A stretch of 62,684 bases of DNA, filler included, from Stramenopiles sp. TOSAG23-2 (taxonomy: Eukaryota): the NCBI GenBank assembly GCA_900128395.1. It is 24 parts of 24 records of this genome, joined end to end, with 100 filler letters (N's around TTAATTAATTAA, not from the genome) between each part and the next. Parts side by side here need not be neighbours in the genome. Positions count along the whole stretch, not along the records: positions 44,599 to 47,099 come from LT651685.1; positions 47,200 to 49,699 come from LT651686.1; positions 49,800 to 52,298 come from LT651687.1; positions 52,399 to 54,896 come from LT651688.1; positions 54,997 to 57,493 come from LT651689.1; 19 more parts are not named here. One strand, given 5' to 3'. A program made the position numbers and the translations under genes. Every line of letters starts with the position of its first letter. Positions within the stretch are counted from its first letter, which is position 1. The notes below the pieces were generated by a model. That model saw only the letters and a list, made by a program, of their open reading frames with translations, was not told the origin of the DNA and ran no database searches. Shown one piece after another: positions 44,599-56,363 of this stretch.

Positions 44599-45688
44599 GA
44601 TAGATACATATACCGGTAGAAGATTTAAAATGGAAGGTGCACTTTTCGTTGCATTATTAGCTATTGCAAGAATGCGGCGTAGAGTTAGGAAGAAAAAAAA
44701 TAAGGGACTGAAAGCAAAGCAAAGGACATGGAAGAGATGGCGTGGTGTTATTGAATTACAGAAATTGAAAAAAAAATTAAATCAAAGTATAACATATCAA
44801 AAATATGTTCATGGAACAACATCGGTGAAGTACATTGACATTTACATAAATACCCTGAAAACGCGACATGATGTTTTAGCAATATTTTATAATGCACATT
44901 TGTATTTTGGTAGAAAAGAATTATTATCAATATTATTTATACGTGCATTGTTAAAAGTAGTTGTAATCTCGTTGTTATTTGAATTTAAGATGAACTACAC
45001 TACAACAAAGGTAGTTCAAGGATCTCCAGATTTACTACTTTTTAAGATTTTAACAGTATTATCTAGTTTTGTTACAAATAAAATTGTCGGCACAATTATA
45101 AAAGCATTTTTTCTAAAATATGTAAATGCAAAGAAAAATTATCATTTAGGATATTATAAACTGAAAATGAAAGAACAAGACTATAAAAGTATGAAAGTAC
45201 GTAAGAAAAAAAACAACGACAACAAAAATGACGCAAGATCAAGACGAAGGAAGAAAAAAAGAGCATCTTTAATAGCACGAAGCAAAATTGTCAAACGAGA
45301 TTCTCGATATGTAAGTGCAATGAGATTCATTGTTTGGACCTTTTCCATACTCATTGTTCTTGCCGCGTTGCTTTTTATGTGGATCTTTGCCTTTACTGTA
45401 CATTCAGAATTTTTATTAGATTCATGGTTGGAAACATGTGGTATATCATTATGTTGCTGGCTTTTTGTAATACGTCCATTACAAATAGCATTACAAGCAA
45501 GAGGTGGATGGAAGAAAAAGAAGAAACGTTATAATAAACATATGCAATTGATAGATAATAAGATGATGAATGAAATCATATTGAATTTTAATGGTGGACA
45601 GGATAACGACAATAGTCGTAAAATTATTAATGATCGTGATTCTGGTGTAGGGATCGAAATGAAAGCTGTTGCCATAGCGATAAAGTAA
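44599..45688 (+). CDS. Polycystin-1/REJ-like membrane region, C-terminal part; probably 5' partial
   Basis: LKTRHDVLAIF...FGRKELL, a basic loop, and WLETCGISL-x-x-WLFVIRPLQIAL resemble PKD1-like TM segments. Confidence 0.5.
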
Positions 45689-45736
45689 AAAAATAAAAAA
45701 GGAGAGTAAAAATCTATATATACACTGCATATATAT

Positions 45737-47099
45737 TCATATCTTTTCAAATCGTTTCCATTCGCAATGTTTCCTTTTCCTAACTTTATTTTGAACTTGT
45801 GCTTCGCTATGATGAGACCGTTCACCAAATGCTTTTGTTAATATTTCCCGTTGCTTCAATGTTAAATCTGGATGCCACGTATCCACTAGTAAAACAATAC
45901 GAGGAACATTATTTGCTAATCGTTCATCAAAGTATACTTCATGTTCAAATCCATCTCCAAATGCAGATATTTTTCCATGTTGCCATGCAGCTTTGCCATC
46001 CCCATATTCTGAATGATGAAATCCTCGTGGAGTTATTTGTTTCGCAGCACTTGCTTTCTTCGTTCCAGGACTTGATCTACTGATATTACCAACTCGAAAT
46101 GTTGCCCCTGGTGGCAAATCTAATCCTAAATGCATACGAACACGATGGTTTGTAGGACCACAATGTTCTATTACATGTACACCTGGGACTAGCATGGATA
46201 TATAAACATCCCCCATTGGCATTAAAATATCTTGTTTCAATGTCTCTAATATTCTCATCGTCTTTGGTAAATCATTCTTACGATTATTAAACATATGACC
46301 TTGAGATATTAAATACATCACATGCCAAGAATTGAACTCGCTCGTATCCACTTTAGAACGTGGAAATTTCTTAGTGTGTTGAACTTCTAATTCTTTCGTC
46401 GCCCATTCTGCCAATTTTGTACGTGTCCATCCAATTTTACCAGCATTTGCTACTGCTTTTACTTCATCACGAATNNNNNNNNNNNNNNNNNNNNNNNNNN
46501 NNNNNNNNNNNNNNNNNNNNNNNNNNNNNNNNNNNNNNNNNNNNNNNNNNTTCATCACGAATATCTTTCCAATTTGATTCTAATATATCAATCATATTTT
46601 TCAAATGACCTTTTGCTAAATCTGCGGATGAATCACTCCACCAATCTATTGAGCGTAGACCTGGAATTAATATTCTAGGCGGTCTTTCTTTTGGGTGTTG
46701 AAATGTATGATCTTTTAAAGCTAAAAAGCAACATATATCAGCAGGAAGTTGTTCATTTTGCCATTTATTTATTCCATGTCGTTTCTTCCATTTGTTTTCA
46801 CATTGTTCAACTGCTTCTTGTTCTATTTCATCAATTGATTTTTCAAAATTACATTTACAACGTTTTTCACTATGTGCATATGCGCTATCTAATCTATTTG
46901 GCTCTCTATATCGATCATGTTCACAGTCACATGCATCTAATGCAATGCCAACTTTACAATCAGAACTTACAACCAAGACACGTGGTGGCGGGACTAACAT
47001 GATATAATGCATAAACGATGGAAGTGCAAATTTACCAACATCTTGATTTATTGATTTATCACAATGATTATGGTTTAGATGGTATTTATTTTGACATGA
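45737..47099 (-). CDS. Aspartyl/asparaginyl beta-hydroxylase domain protein; 5' partial, spans an internal N gap (46475-46550)
   Basis: PGLRSIDWW...LESNWKDIRDE, SMLVPG-x-x-x-x-x-HCGPTNHRVRMHLGL, WQHGK...FEHEV and RIVLLVDTWHPDL. TTCATCACGAAT overlaps on both sides of the gap. Confidence 0.9.
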
Positions 47100-47221
47100 N
47101 NNNNNNNNNNNNNNNNNNNNNNNNNNNNNNNNNNNNNNNNNNNTTAATTAATTAANNNNNNNNNNNNNNNNNNNNNNNNNNNNNNNNNNNNNNNNNNNNC
47201 AAGGATCGTTGATCATTCGAC

Positions 47222-49156
47222 ATGGTCCATATAATACGCAATCGTGGCCATGCTATCCCATTATTACGAATTGCCAAAGAGTTTATATCACAAAATCCAA
47301 ATGTTAAAGTAAGTTTTGCAACGCATCATCGTGCTCGGGAATGGGTAAAATCAACAGGAGCAAATTTTTTATCGCTTGGTAGATTTCCAATCAGTCCAAG
47401 TGAACTTCGTGCAACATTAAAAAAAATCAGTGCCGATCCTTCCATGTTTCGTGGTTTGTTGACATTATTTAATGATGTATATTTACCATTGTTTCAACCA
47501 ATGTATAACGAGGTATTAAATATTATCGCAAGAGAAGCGCCGACACTCGTAGTTGTAGATATTGCATCTCTCGGTGCTATAGATGCTGTGCAAAAATATA
47601 AAATACCTTTGGTATTAAACAGCCCTACGTTTCCATTTAGTTTAGATGTTTCTTCGCATCCATGGTTGCCTAATTGGGGTACAGGTTTTTCCATACAAAG
47701 GTCATTGTGGGATCGTTGTATGAATATTTTGTTTCCAAGATTATTAGCAGTTGCTTTGACTCCTGCATTTATACATATAAACAAATTGCGATATGGTAAT
47801 ACAATGGAACGATATAAATCACAACATGATGTATTTTATGGCATAAAAATTTTAGTCAATACGGCAATAGGCTTTGATCATCCAAAACCTTTACCACCAT
47901 GGATAGAAATGGTTGGTTCAATATTACCAACAGATGAAAATGAAAATGCAACACCATTGTCAAATTCATTAATGGAATGGTTAGAGTTACAAGATGTACC
48001 AACGTCTGGAATGGTTGCCTCTTCTGGTACTGCTACTGCTACTGCTACCAATAACAAAAATAAACGTAACAGTGGTGCGGAAGTTCGAAATAAACAAAAA
48101 CGTCGTGGAAAAAACAATAAAAATCATGTTGATGAAGATGAATCAATGACAAATGAGGAATTTAGTGATGATGAAAGGGATCATTTTAATAGATACCAGA
48201 ATAATGATTTATCCGATGTAACATCTACATCATCTATTGTCTATGTTAATTTTGGTTGGATGTCGCGGATAGAAAAAAAACATATCGATGCACTTTTAAA
48301 TGGTTTAACTGATCCACGATTGCGTATTATATGGACCATGTCGAATGATCAACGATCCTTGCTACCGAAAAATATTCCACCTTCGTTTAAGATATTAAAT
48401 AAATTAGGTCAATCTACCATGCATTTACTGCGAAGGCAGGAAGTGAAAATTGTAGTAAGCCATTGTGGCATGGGAGTAGCGCAAGAAGCATTGATGTTTG
48501 GCAAGCCATTGCTATGTTTGCCACTCTTTGGAGATCAAATCGATGTTGCTGCAAGAGTTTTAGACCGTGGAGTTGGGCGTGTCCTCGACAAAGTACGTAT
48601 CACGAGCTCGGACGTAAGACGTGCAATTTTAGAAATTGTACGTTCATACGATCTAATATCCAAAAGAGCAAGAAAAATTGCTGCATCACTGAAGCTTGCT
48701 GGTGGTATAAATCGAGCTGTTAATGTATTGAGACATTATCATGAGGAACATTTGATAGTGGACACTTTTACAAAGCAAATTGAAAATGGAGAAGAAACAA
48801 TATCTATAATAAGTAATCGAACATATTTAAGATTAGTTAGTGACACACCATCTCAAATTTCATGGTTTGAACGATATTATCTAGATGTCTATTTAGTATT
48901 TATAGCAATTTTATGCATCCTTACTATATTTGTCCATATGACATTTCGCTTTACGTTCTATGTTAGCGTTCAATTTTTACATTACATGTTTAAACATAAT
49001 AGTAATAATAATAATTATAATAATGATGATAAGATTTCGAAAGATGATGTATCTCAGAGCAATAATAATGATGATGGTGATACTATGCGTAATGACAATA
49101 ACGATAATATTAACAAAACAAATGATGAAACATCTGGTGTCGATGGACCAGATTAA
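47222..49156 (+). CDS. UDP-glycosyltransferase (GT1/UGT family) with a C-terminal TM helix
   Basis: RGHAIP, IVYVNFG and the UGT signature VSHCGMGVAQEALMFGKPLLCLPLFGDQIDVA; LDVYLVF TM segment. Confidence 0.92.
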   Translation: MVHIIRNRGHAIPLLRIAKEFISQNPNVKVSFATHHRAREWVKSTGANFLSLGRFPISPSELRATLKKISADPSMFRGLLTLFNDVYLPLFQPMYNEVLNIIAREAPTLVVVDIASLGAIDAVQKYKIPLVLNSPTFPFSLDVSSHPWLPNWGTGFSIQRSLWDRCMNILFPRLLAVALTPAFIHINKLRYGNTMERYKSQHDVFYGIKILVNTAIGFDHPKPLPPWIEMVGSILPTDENENATPLSNSLMEWLELQDVPTSGMVASSGTATATATNNKNKRNSGAEVRNKQKRRGKNNKNHVDEDESMTNEEFSDDERDHFNRYQNNDLSDVTSTSSIVYVNFGWMSRIEKKHIDALLNGLTDPRLRIIWTMSNDQRSLLPKNIPPSFKILNKLGQSTMHLLRRQEVKIVVSHCGMGVAQEALMFGKPLLCLPLFGDQIDVAARVLDRGVGRVLDKVRITSSDVRRAILEIVRSYDLISKRARKIAASLKLAGGINRAVNVLRHYHEEHLIVDTFTKQIENGEETISIISNRTYLRLVSDTPSQISWFERYYLDVYLVFIAILCILTIFVHMTFRFTFYVSVQFLHYMFKHNSNNNNYNNDDKISKDDVSQSNNNDDGDTMRNDNNDNINKTNDETSGVDGPD

Positions 49157-49565
49157 AAAGGAAGAGAGAGAGAGGGTAAAAAATGAAAAATTGTACGAGT
49201 TCGTACGACGTTTGTAAATTGTGTGGGTCCGTGTGTGTATTAATATAGTAAAAAAAAAAACGTTATATATTTTCACGTCACCACTTTACAAATTTACAAA
49301 TTTCAACAAATATAAATAACACTATGTACTATGGAGAAAATGATTACAAAAAAAAAGTCAAAACATATATATATCAAAATATATATATATATAATCTCTA
49401 TACCAGTATTCAAAACAAAATTTTCACCTTTTTATCATTGTTTAAACAGTGTTTACTAACGTAGATATATTGAAAAGTCATTCGTTTCTCTCCTCTATTT
49501 ATATTCTTTATTCTTCAGTTTTATTTTATTTTTTGTTATATATCATTCATTCTTCATTCATCACT

Positions 49566-49699
49566 ATGGCATCGATCATAAATGATAACAACGTTGATAA
49601 GAAAACAAAAAAAACAAAAGAAAATGAAAAACCAACTAGTAGTCGTAGTAATACGGTATCTAAGAAAAAAACAATGAAAAGTAAACGTAATGCACTTAT
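49566..49699 (+). CDS. N-terminal fragment of a hypothetical protein
   Basis: The ATG (MASIINDNN...) follows an AT-rich leader; runs off the contig. Confidence 0.35.
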
Positions 49700-49799
49700 N
49701 NNNNNNNNNNNNNNNNNNNNNNNNNNNNNNNNNNNNNNNNNNNTTAATTAATTAANNNNNNNNNNNNNNNNNNNNNNNNNNNNNNNNNNNNNNNNNNNN

Positions 49800-51039
49800 T
49801 CTGGCTTGGATATGTTAAGTCAACCAGATACTATTTCAGAAATTATAGCTCTTAGTGGGAAGGAAAAGCCAAATGTATTATATATTGGAACAGCAACATA
49901 CGATGCAGAAGAAGAAATGAATATACAAACAAAAGCATTTACAGCACGTGGATGTGAAGTAACAGCATTAAAAATTACACATGGAGACCCTGGCATCAAT
50001 TCAATGTGCCGTTCAGTAGAAAATGCTGATATACTGCTTGTAAGTGGAGGAAATACATTATTTGCCGTAGATCGTATGGTAACAGTAGGATTAGATCAAA
50101 TTATTAAAGGCGCTGGTAACGCAGGCAAAGTTTTATGCGGTGGTTCTGCAGGCGGTATTGTTTGGTTTGAAAATGGACATTCTGATTCCGGTGATCCCGT
50201 TTCCTTTTTAAATCCAAATGGCCCATTATTCAAAAATAATTTAACTAAAAAACAATTAGGATCTGCTTGGAATTATGTAAAAGTTCCTGGATTGAATATA
50301 TTACCAGGTTTATTTGTTCCACATTTTGATAAAATTGAATCAAATGGACAACGAAGAAATGTATCGGCAAAACAGTTATTGAGGTAAGTTTAAGATATAT
50401 ATATATATATATATGTATATACAGAAAGGTTTGAAAATGGACATTCTGATTCCGGTGATCCCGTTTCCTTTTTAAATCCAAATGGTCCATTATTCAAAAA
50501 TAATTTAACTCAAAAACAATTAGGATCTGCTTGGAATTATGTAAAAGTTCCTGGATTGAATATATTACCAGGTTTATTTGTTCCACATTTTGATAAAATT
50601 GAATCAAATGGACAACGAAGAAATGTATCGGCAAAACAGTTATTGAGGTAAGTTTAAGATATATATATATATATATATGTATGTACAGAAATATTTTACA
50701 TACTTATACATTCTAACATTATATTGTGATTGTGGTACTACCTATATAATATGTTCCAGGCATAATCCCGGCGAATATATGACAGCTATTGATAATTGGT
50801 CAGCATTACAAATTGAAGGTGATATGTATACATTTATAGCTAGGGAAGGTAAATCAGGATCATGTAATGGAAAGCCATGTGGATTTGTTTTAAAAGTAGA
50901 TCCAGAAAGTGGAGAAGTTGAGCAAACGGAAATACCAAGCAAAGGTTTAGTAAATGATATTATTATCGAGGCTAGATATACAACTGAAAGTTTAATGTTG
51001 CCGGTTTTACGAGCAATGAATCCAGATCCTAATATGTAG
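49800..51039 (+). CDS. Peptidase S51 (dipeptidase E-like), two exons (..50383 and 50760..51039); 5' partial
   Basis: YIGTA, LVSGGNTL, nucleophile elbow GGSAGG and PHFD. Donor AG|GTAAGT, branch point CTAAC at ~50713 and acceptor TTCCAG|G give LLR-HNPGEYMTAIDN in frame. Confidence 0.88.
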
Positions 51040-51455
51040 AGAGCGTGTGTGTATCTTTAATATCTCTACGTAAAAAAACTGTGTACGTCTCGTACATTTT
51101 ATATTTCAATACGACATATAAATAAAAAAAATACGTATAATAAAAAGTAAGATATGTTACTCTCTGACATAATATCAAAACACATACGACGTACGAATAT
51201 GTACACGGGGCCTAGACTTGACATATGTACACATATTATATTCCTACACGTATCATTATACTTAAATATAGTATCATATCATACACGTCAACCATAAAAA
51301 TTGTATGACACACACTCACAAAGATAAAATGTATTTTTACAACTTACTAATCATCATGTCATCATCATCTTTATTATATTTACTACCATACCCATTACTA
51401 CTCATTTTACCACCTAAATAAAAAAACATTGATAAATCAATTGATGATTTTATTT

Positions 51456-52256
51456 TTACAACTTACTAATCATCATGTCATCATCATCTTTATTATATTT
51501 ACTACCATACCCATTACTACTCATTTTACCACCTAAATAAAAAAACATTGATAAATCAATTGATGATTTGTCTACTTTACCACCTAAATAATGAAAATAT
51601 GTTAAATCTACTGGTATGCCTTTTAACCCTAATAAATATTCTTTTTCTTCCTCCGTTGATAATCGACCTAATATTTCATTACGTGTCGGTTTTCGACCAA
51701 ATTTTTCAATTACAGCTCTACTTTTCAATTGCGATTCAAGGGTACTTAATAAAATCTTATCACTTGGTCTTCTTCGTAAAAACGACTTCATTATTTGAAT
51801 GCCTTTGTCGTGATCCCGTATATCTTCGCTATGCTCGAATGGCAATAATATAAAATTTGCCTCTGCGGAGGTAAATGTTTCAATACCATAATGTTGGACA
51901 ATTCTTTTTGCTGCTGTTAAAGCTATTGGACCAAATGCAAATGAAGCTTCATGGCCACGATATATATGTCTTGGAAATTGATCTGTTAAAATGATAAATG
52001 CCAACGTTCCCATTTTTGTCCTTAACCATCTGGATAAATAACCTTCCACAACGGCTTCTAATGTATCGCCAAAAATTTCTTCAATCTCATCATCATATAA
52101 TTTACCATTTTTAAACCATTTATCTTCCGCATTATCTCTCCCTCGATTATCTTTAAACCAATAATGTAAAACTTCTTCTGGTGTTTTGATATCCCATTCC
52201 TCTTCCTCCTCTTCCTCTTCCTGTTGTTGCGTATTATTTGTCGCTGCACTTGCCAT
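51456..52256 (-). CDS. DUF924 family protein with PTS1 (SKL)
   Basis: VLHYWF...KWF...DDEI, IILTDQFPRHIYRG, LPFEHSED and IEKFGRKPTRNEILGRLSTEEE. Ends in -SKL. Confidence 0.92.
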   Translation of the reverse strand: MASAATNNTQQQEEEEEEEEWDIKTPEEVLHYWFKDNRGRDNAEDKWFKNGKLYDDEIEEIFGDTLEAVVEGYLSRWLRTKMGTLAFIILTDQFPRHIYRGHEASFAFGPIALTAAKRIVQHYGIETFTSAEANFILLPFEHSEDIRDHDKGIQIMKSFLRRRPSDKILLSTLESQLKSRAVIEKFGRKPTRNEILGRLSTEEEKEYLLGLKGIPVDLTYFHYLGGKVDKSSIDLSMFFYLGGKMSSNGYGSKYNKDDDDMMISKL

Positions 52257-52398
52257 CTTGTGACTTTTTTATATGTGTTTAAATGTATATATATATATNN
52301 NNNNNNNNNNNNNNNNNNNNNNNNNNNNNNNNNNNNNNNNNNTTAATTAATTAANNNNNNNNNNNNNNNNNNNNNNNNNNNNNNNNNNNNNNNNNNNN

Positions 52399-52554
52399 AT
52401 AGTCATAAACAATAACATGCGTATATGGACTACCATGTGCTTCTCTGCAATCTTGACAGTGGCAGTTTACTGCCATTAAATGTTTACCGGTAATTTTATA
52501 TTGTACATTGCCACAGTTACAACTACCTTTTACAATTGTTTGTACGGAACTCAT
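52399..52554 (-). CDS. GFA/CENP-V family protein; 3' truncated
   Basis: GSCNCGNVQY...CHCQDCR zinc motif. Confidence 0.88.
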
Positions 52555-53442
52555 GGTATATGATATATGTATATAAATAAATAAATTAAATCGATAAATC
52601 GACGTTGTTGATTAAATAAATAAATTAAAAATTAAATAAATGGATTATTCTTTGTATTGTATCTATCTATCTATCTTGTTGTTTTTTTATAGTTATTTGA
52701 AGTTGTAATTACCTGGTATAACTGCTGTGGGTGCCGTCATTTTTGAATATTTATGCTAATTCCCTTATAATCATAACCCATTATATAATGTATATGAGCT
52801 TAACTAATTTATTTTTAAGGAATACAATAATATATTTTATCAACAATAACATGTGCAGATGATCATTTCCTAAGGGTTAGACGAATATTATTTTAAGGCA
52901 TAAGGCCTTTATTTGGAATTTATTTAGAATACCAGTAATCTTAAATAAAAGCCTTAAGAAGATAAATCGAAAACGGGATTTTATGCAGATTTCAAATATT
53001 ATTTTAAGGCATAAAGAATATAAAAACGAAATATGAAATCGGCCCATGTGCCGTTTTCAAACCTTAAGAAGATTTAATACTATTCCCATGCTAATTTGCT
53101 GGAAATCGTACATTTTTAGCCTAACTTGCATGACTTTAAATCGCGATTAAGAAATTTACTACTTTTTTTAGTATGAACACAGGATTTGTTATCATAATTT
53201 TTTCATTAATTTTAAACAAAATTTCCATTATTGCAACTGCTATTTGTCTAATTTGTAAAAAACAAAATGTATCAAATAATACCCAGGTAGGACGACTAAA
53301 TATAGAGATGAAAAAATATACATGTATATATATATATTAATATACAATATTAATAATATTATAGTATATGCAATCATTAAAAGATACAGGAATTATACTA
53401 TACCATTCATACGAATAAAAATTTAATTATTTATAAAACAAA

Positions 53443-54678
53443 ATGGCATCGATTTGCAATATAACAGACGAAGATGCATTACATTTTGATTTCTGCTGTT
53501 GCAAACTAATCACACAATCACAAGAAGATTTAATAACGCAAGATTTAAATAAACATCAAAATATACGTCGTATGAAACATTTTATATCGCATTTAGCAGC
53601 TGCAAAGGGGAGTTTAACTGCTAAAAATGCAGGTAAAAAATATGCCTTTGGTATAAAACGAGCATCAACCGCTGGTATTGCAGCTGATGATGGTGGAATT
53701 TTAATCAATACTGTATTAGGTCAAGTATCGTCAAAAACATTAGGATTGACACATTCCCATGAACATATCTATGTGTCAAGTGCTGGATTGTCGCAAATTT
53801 ACCCTGAACGGGTACCAAAGGATTATGTCATAAAAGAAGCAGTTGATGCATTTATTGAATTTAAAAATAGTGGTGGTGGAACTGTTATTGATTGTACAAC
53901 TCATGATCTAGGGCGTGATATAAATTTGATGAAAGAAGTTTCAGAAAAAACAGGTATCAATATTATTGCATCTACAGGTTGTTGGATGGATCCGCCACGT
54001 TCCTTTCAAGCATTAAATCCAGAGGAATTAGCAGCATTATATATTCGTGAATGTACAGTAGGTATTGAAGGAACAAATATTAAAGCTGGGATTATTAAAT
54101 GTGCCCACGAAACTGGTGTTACATGGAAAAAAGGAGAAGGATTTACACGTGTTGGTGAATTAACTGCTAGGGCATGTGCACTTGCTGCAAAAGAAACAGG
54201 GTTACCAATCACAACACATACGGAATGCAAAGAAAGAGTTGGCCTAGCACAAATTGAAATATTCAAAGAAGTAGGAGTGGATTTGAATCGAGTGTATATT
54301 GGCCATTGTAATGATGCGTGGGATATGTCTTATTTAACCGATATGCTTGAACAAGGTGTTTGGATTGGACTTGATCGAACAGGACCAGATTCTCGACGAC
54401 ATGATGGTAGGCCAAGACTTGAAGATCGTATAAATACAATTAAATATTTAATTGATCATAATTGGGCACATCGTATTATGTTATCGCATGATTGGATGGT
54501 ATATATGGGATTTTTAAATCACGATATGGCAGTCAGACGACGAAAACAAAATCCTGATAGTTATTGTTTTATTTTGCGTCAAGTTGTACCAAAATTAATG
54601 GAAATGGGTGTGACTAAAGAGATAATACATCAAATATTAGTTGAAAATCCAAGGAATTTTTTTGAAAATGCAAAGTAG
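53443..54678 (+). CDS. Phosphotriesterase-family amidohydrolase
   Basis: INTVLG, THSHEH, LGRD, ASTG, GIIKCA, ITTHT, IGHC, IMLSHD and ENPRNFF: the full binuclear metal ligand set. Confidence 0.92.
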   Translation: MASICNITDEDALHFDFCCCKLITQSQEDLITQDLNKHQNIRRMKHFISHLAAAKGSLTAKNAGKKYAFGIKRASTAGIAADDGGILINTVLGQVSSKTLGLTHSHEHIYVSSAGLSQIYPERVPKDYVIKEAVDAFIEFKNSGGGTVIDCTTHDLGRDINLMKEVSEKTGINIIASTGCWMDPPRSFQALNPEELAALYIRECTVGIEGTNIKAGIIKCAHETGVTWKKGEGFTRVGELTARACALAAKETGLPITTHTECKERVGLAQIEIFKEVGVDLNRVYIGHCNDAWDMSYLTDMLEQGVWIGLDRTGPDSRRHDGRPRLEDRINTIKYLIDHNWAHRIMLSHDWMVYMGFLNHDMAVRRRKQNPDSYCFILRQVVPKLMEMGVTKEIIHQILVENPRNFFENAK

Positions 54679-54998
54679 AATATTTATTTTGTACGTATAC
54701 AGCAGGAGGTATTTTGATATTTCGAAGTATTGTAATAGTGCATATAATTCGTACGAAGTATTATATATATATGCAAAGTAAAATCTACGAAAAATATACC
54801 TTCGTATATTTTTTTACATTTTTACACACTCTACCACAGCAGGGTAACTACCCTATCACAAACTCAGCACTAGTCCCACCACATGCATTCTATATTNNNN
54901 NNNNNNNNNNNNNNNNNNNNNNNNNNNNNNNNNNNNNNNNTTAATTAATTAANNNNNNNNNNNNNNNNNNNNNNNNNNNNNNNNNNNNNNNNNNNNAT

Positions 54999-55190
54999 AA
55001 TAATAATATTACTGATGTACAAAGTATTATTGATGGAGTAAAACCAAACAATACATTAAAGACATTGACCCTATATAATAATCAACTGAGTGATAATATG
55101 AAATCACAATTTGATGCTATAGAACAATATAAAGAAGATGGATCAAACGGGTATCAACAAGTGGAAGGGATGATTATATCCACATACTAA
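54999..55190 (+). CDS. C-terminal fragment of an RNI-like leucine-rich-repeat protein (not in the ORF track)
   Basis: Manual translation gives NNITDVQSIIDGVKPNNTLKTLTLYNNQLSD...*, an LxxLxLxxNxL pattern. Confidence 0.7.
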   Translation, partial: NNNITDVQSIIDGVKPNNTLKTLTLYNNQLSDNMKSQFDAIEQYKEDGSNGYQQVEGMIISTY

Positions 55191-55670
55191 TTAATAATAT
55201 ATTACGTAGTACTAGTTCTACTAGTAGATGTTGCAGATCACGAGGCAGTATAATATACTTGTAGCATTGCTGTACTGTAGATGTTCACTTTTTTGGATTC
55301 ACGAGAGGCAGAGTAAAGGGATATAAAATATTTCAGCGTTGTTTTGTGCTTTTGATTTTTTATGTCTATGAAGGATCTCGCTTTTCTTTGATGCTATTGC
55401 ATGCTAATGTCACGTTTTGATTTTTGATTAGACTATAATTCTTTTTTTCCATTTTTATTATTTGTTGTTTTTTTGTCGTAGTTGTACAGTACATAGTAGT
55501 ACATGTAGTCTTCTGAAATTACTATATATACTAAAATTAAAATACAAAGAACAAAGACAACCAAGTTTTATATAATACATCATATACATCATTTTATAAT
55601 ATCCATTTTCCATTTTATATTACAATCGTATTCCAACACATGTTCACTATTAATCAAACACACAAAAAAA

Positions 55671-56363
55671 ATGAACAAATTAAGCATGATACCAAAATCA
55701 ATCTACATCACCATCATCCTCCTACTATCCACACAAATTTCCACCATTCACGCATTCAAATCTCAAAAGAAAGCAATCACTATCAATATTAAAAATCATT
55801 ATGAAGCTGCCGTTTCAGCGCAATCGAAGTGCATCTTGAATAAAAACAGCTCAACGATCGTAGGTGGTGAAGTGCTGTTGAGTGTAATGGAACCTTTCCC
55901 GACTGCAGCGCTTGCAGTCAGCATTTGCTGCGATATCGCAAACGGCAATTTTTGGACGAACGTCGATTATGGACCGTCGAAAAAATACAAGGATCAGCGT
56001 GATTACATTTGCACAGTATACGCATCATCAGGCGACTTGTCGGCGCCGAAGATAGTTCCCGGTAACTCGAGCACGAGCGCAGGTAGTTCCTACCGGCCAC
56101 CCCCGCCAGACCCAAAGTGTACACAGAAGGAGACGAAAGTAGATTGTCTCGGTCCCAAAGGCAACGCGGCGTGTGCGTGGACGGGGGACAAATGTGCTTA
56201 CACGCCGCCACTGCACTGTGGCAACTTCGACCCGAATAAACCTCTTGGGCCCTTCTGCGTAGGAATCGATCTTGCTGCTGAACCATTTCCGTCCGGTGCG
56301 GCTGGCCGAAAGCTACGTGCGTTTAACTGGACGGCCGGTACTGTATATAATGAATCAATGTAG
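55671..56363 (+). CDS. Secreted Cys-containing hypothetical protein with a GC-rich body; 3' end probably chimeric
   Basis: Signal peptide, a Cys-spaced domain and a poly-Pro linker. The 3' end overlaps a convergent ORF. Confidence 0.6.
   Translation: MNKLSMIPKSIYITIILLLSTQISTIHAFKSQKKAITINIKNHYEAAVSAQSKCILNKNSSTIVGGEVLLSVMEPFPTAALAVSICCDIANGNFWTNVDYGPSKKYKDQRDYICTVYASSGDLSAPKIVPGNSSTSAGSSYRPPPPDPKCTQKETKVDCLGPKGNAACAWTGDKCAYTPPLHCGNFDPNKPLGPFCVGIDLAAEPFPSGAAGRKLRAFNWTAGTVYNESM

Noticed and set aside
50428-50646. Mutually exclusive alternative exon in the peptidase S51 gene
   Set aside because: The copy starts mid-exon, includes intron sequence and differs by only a few bases. It fits the tandem-duplication artefact class.
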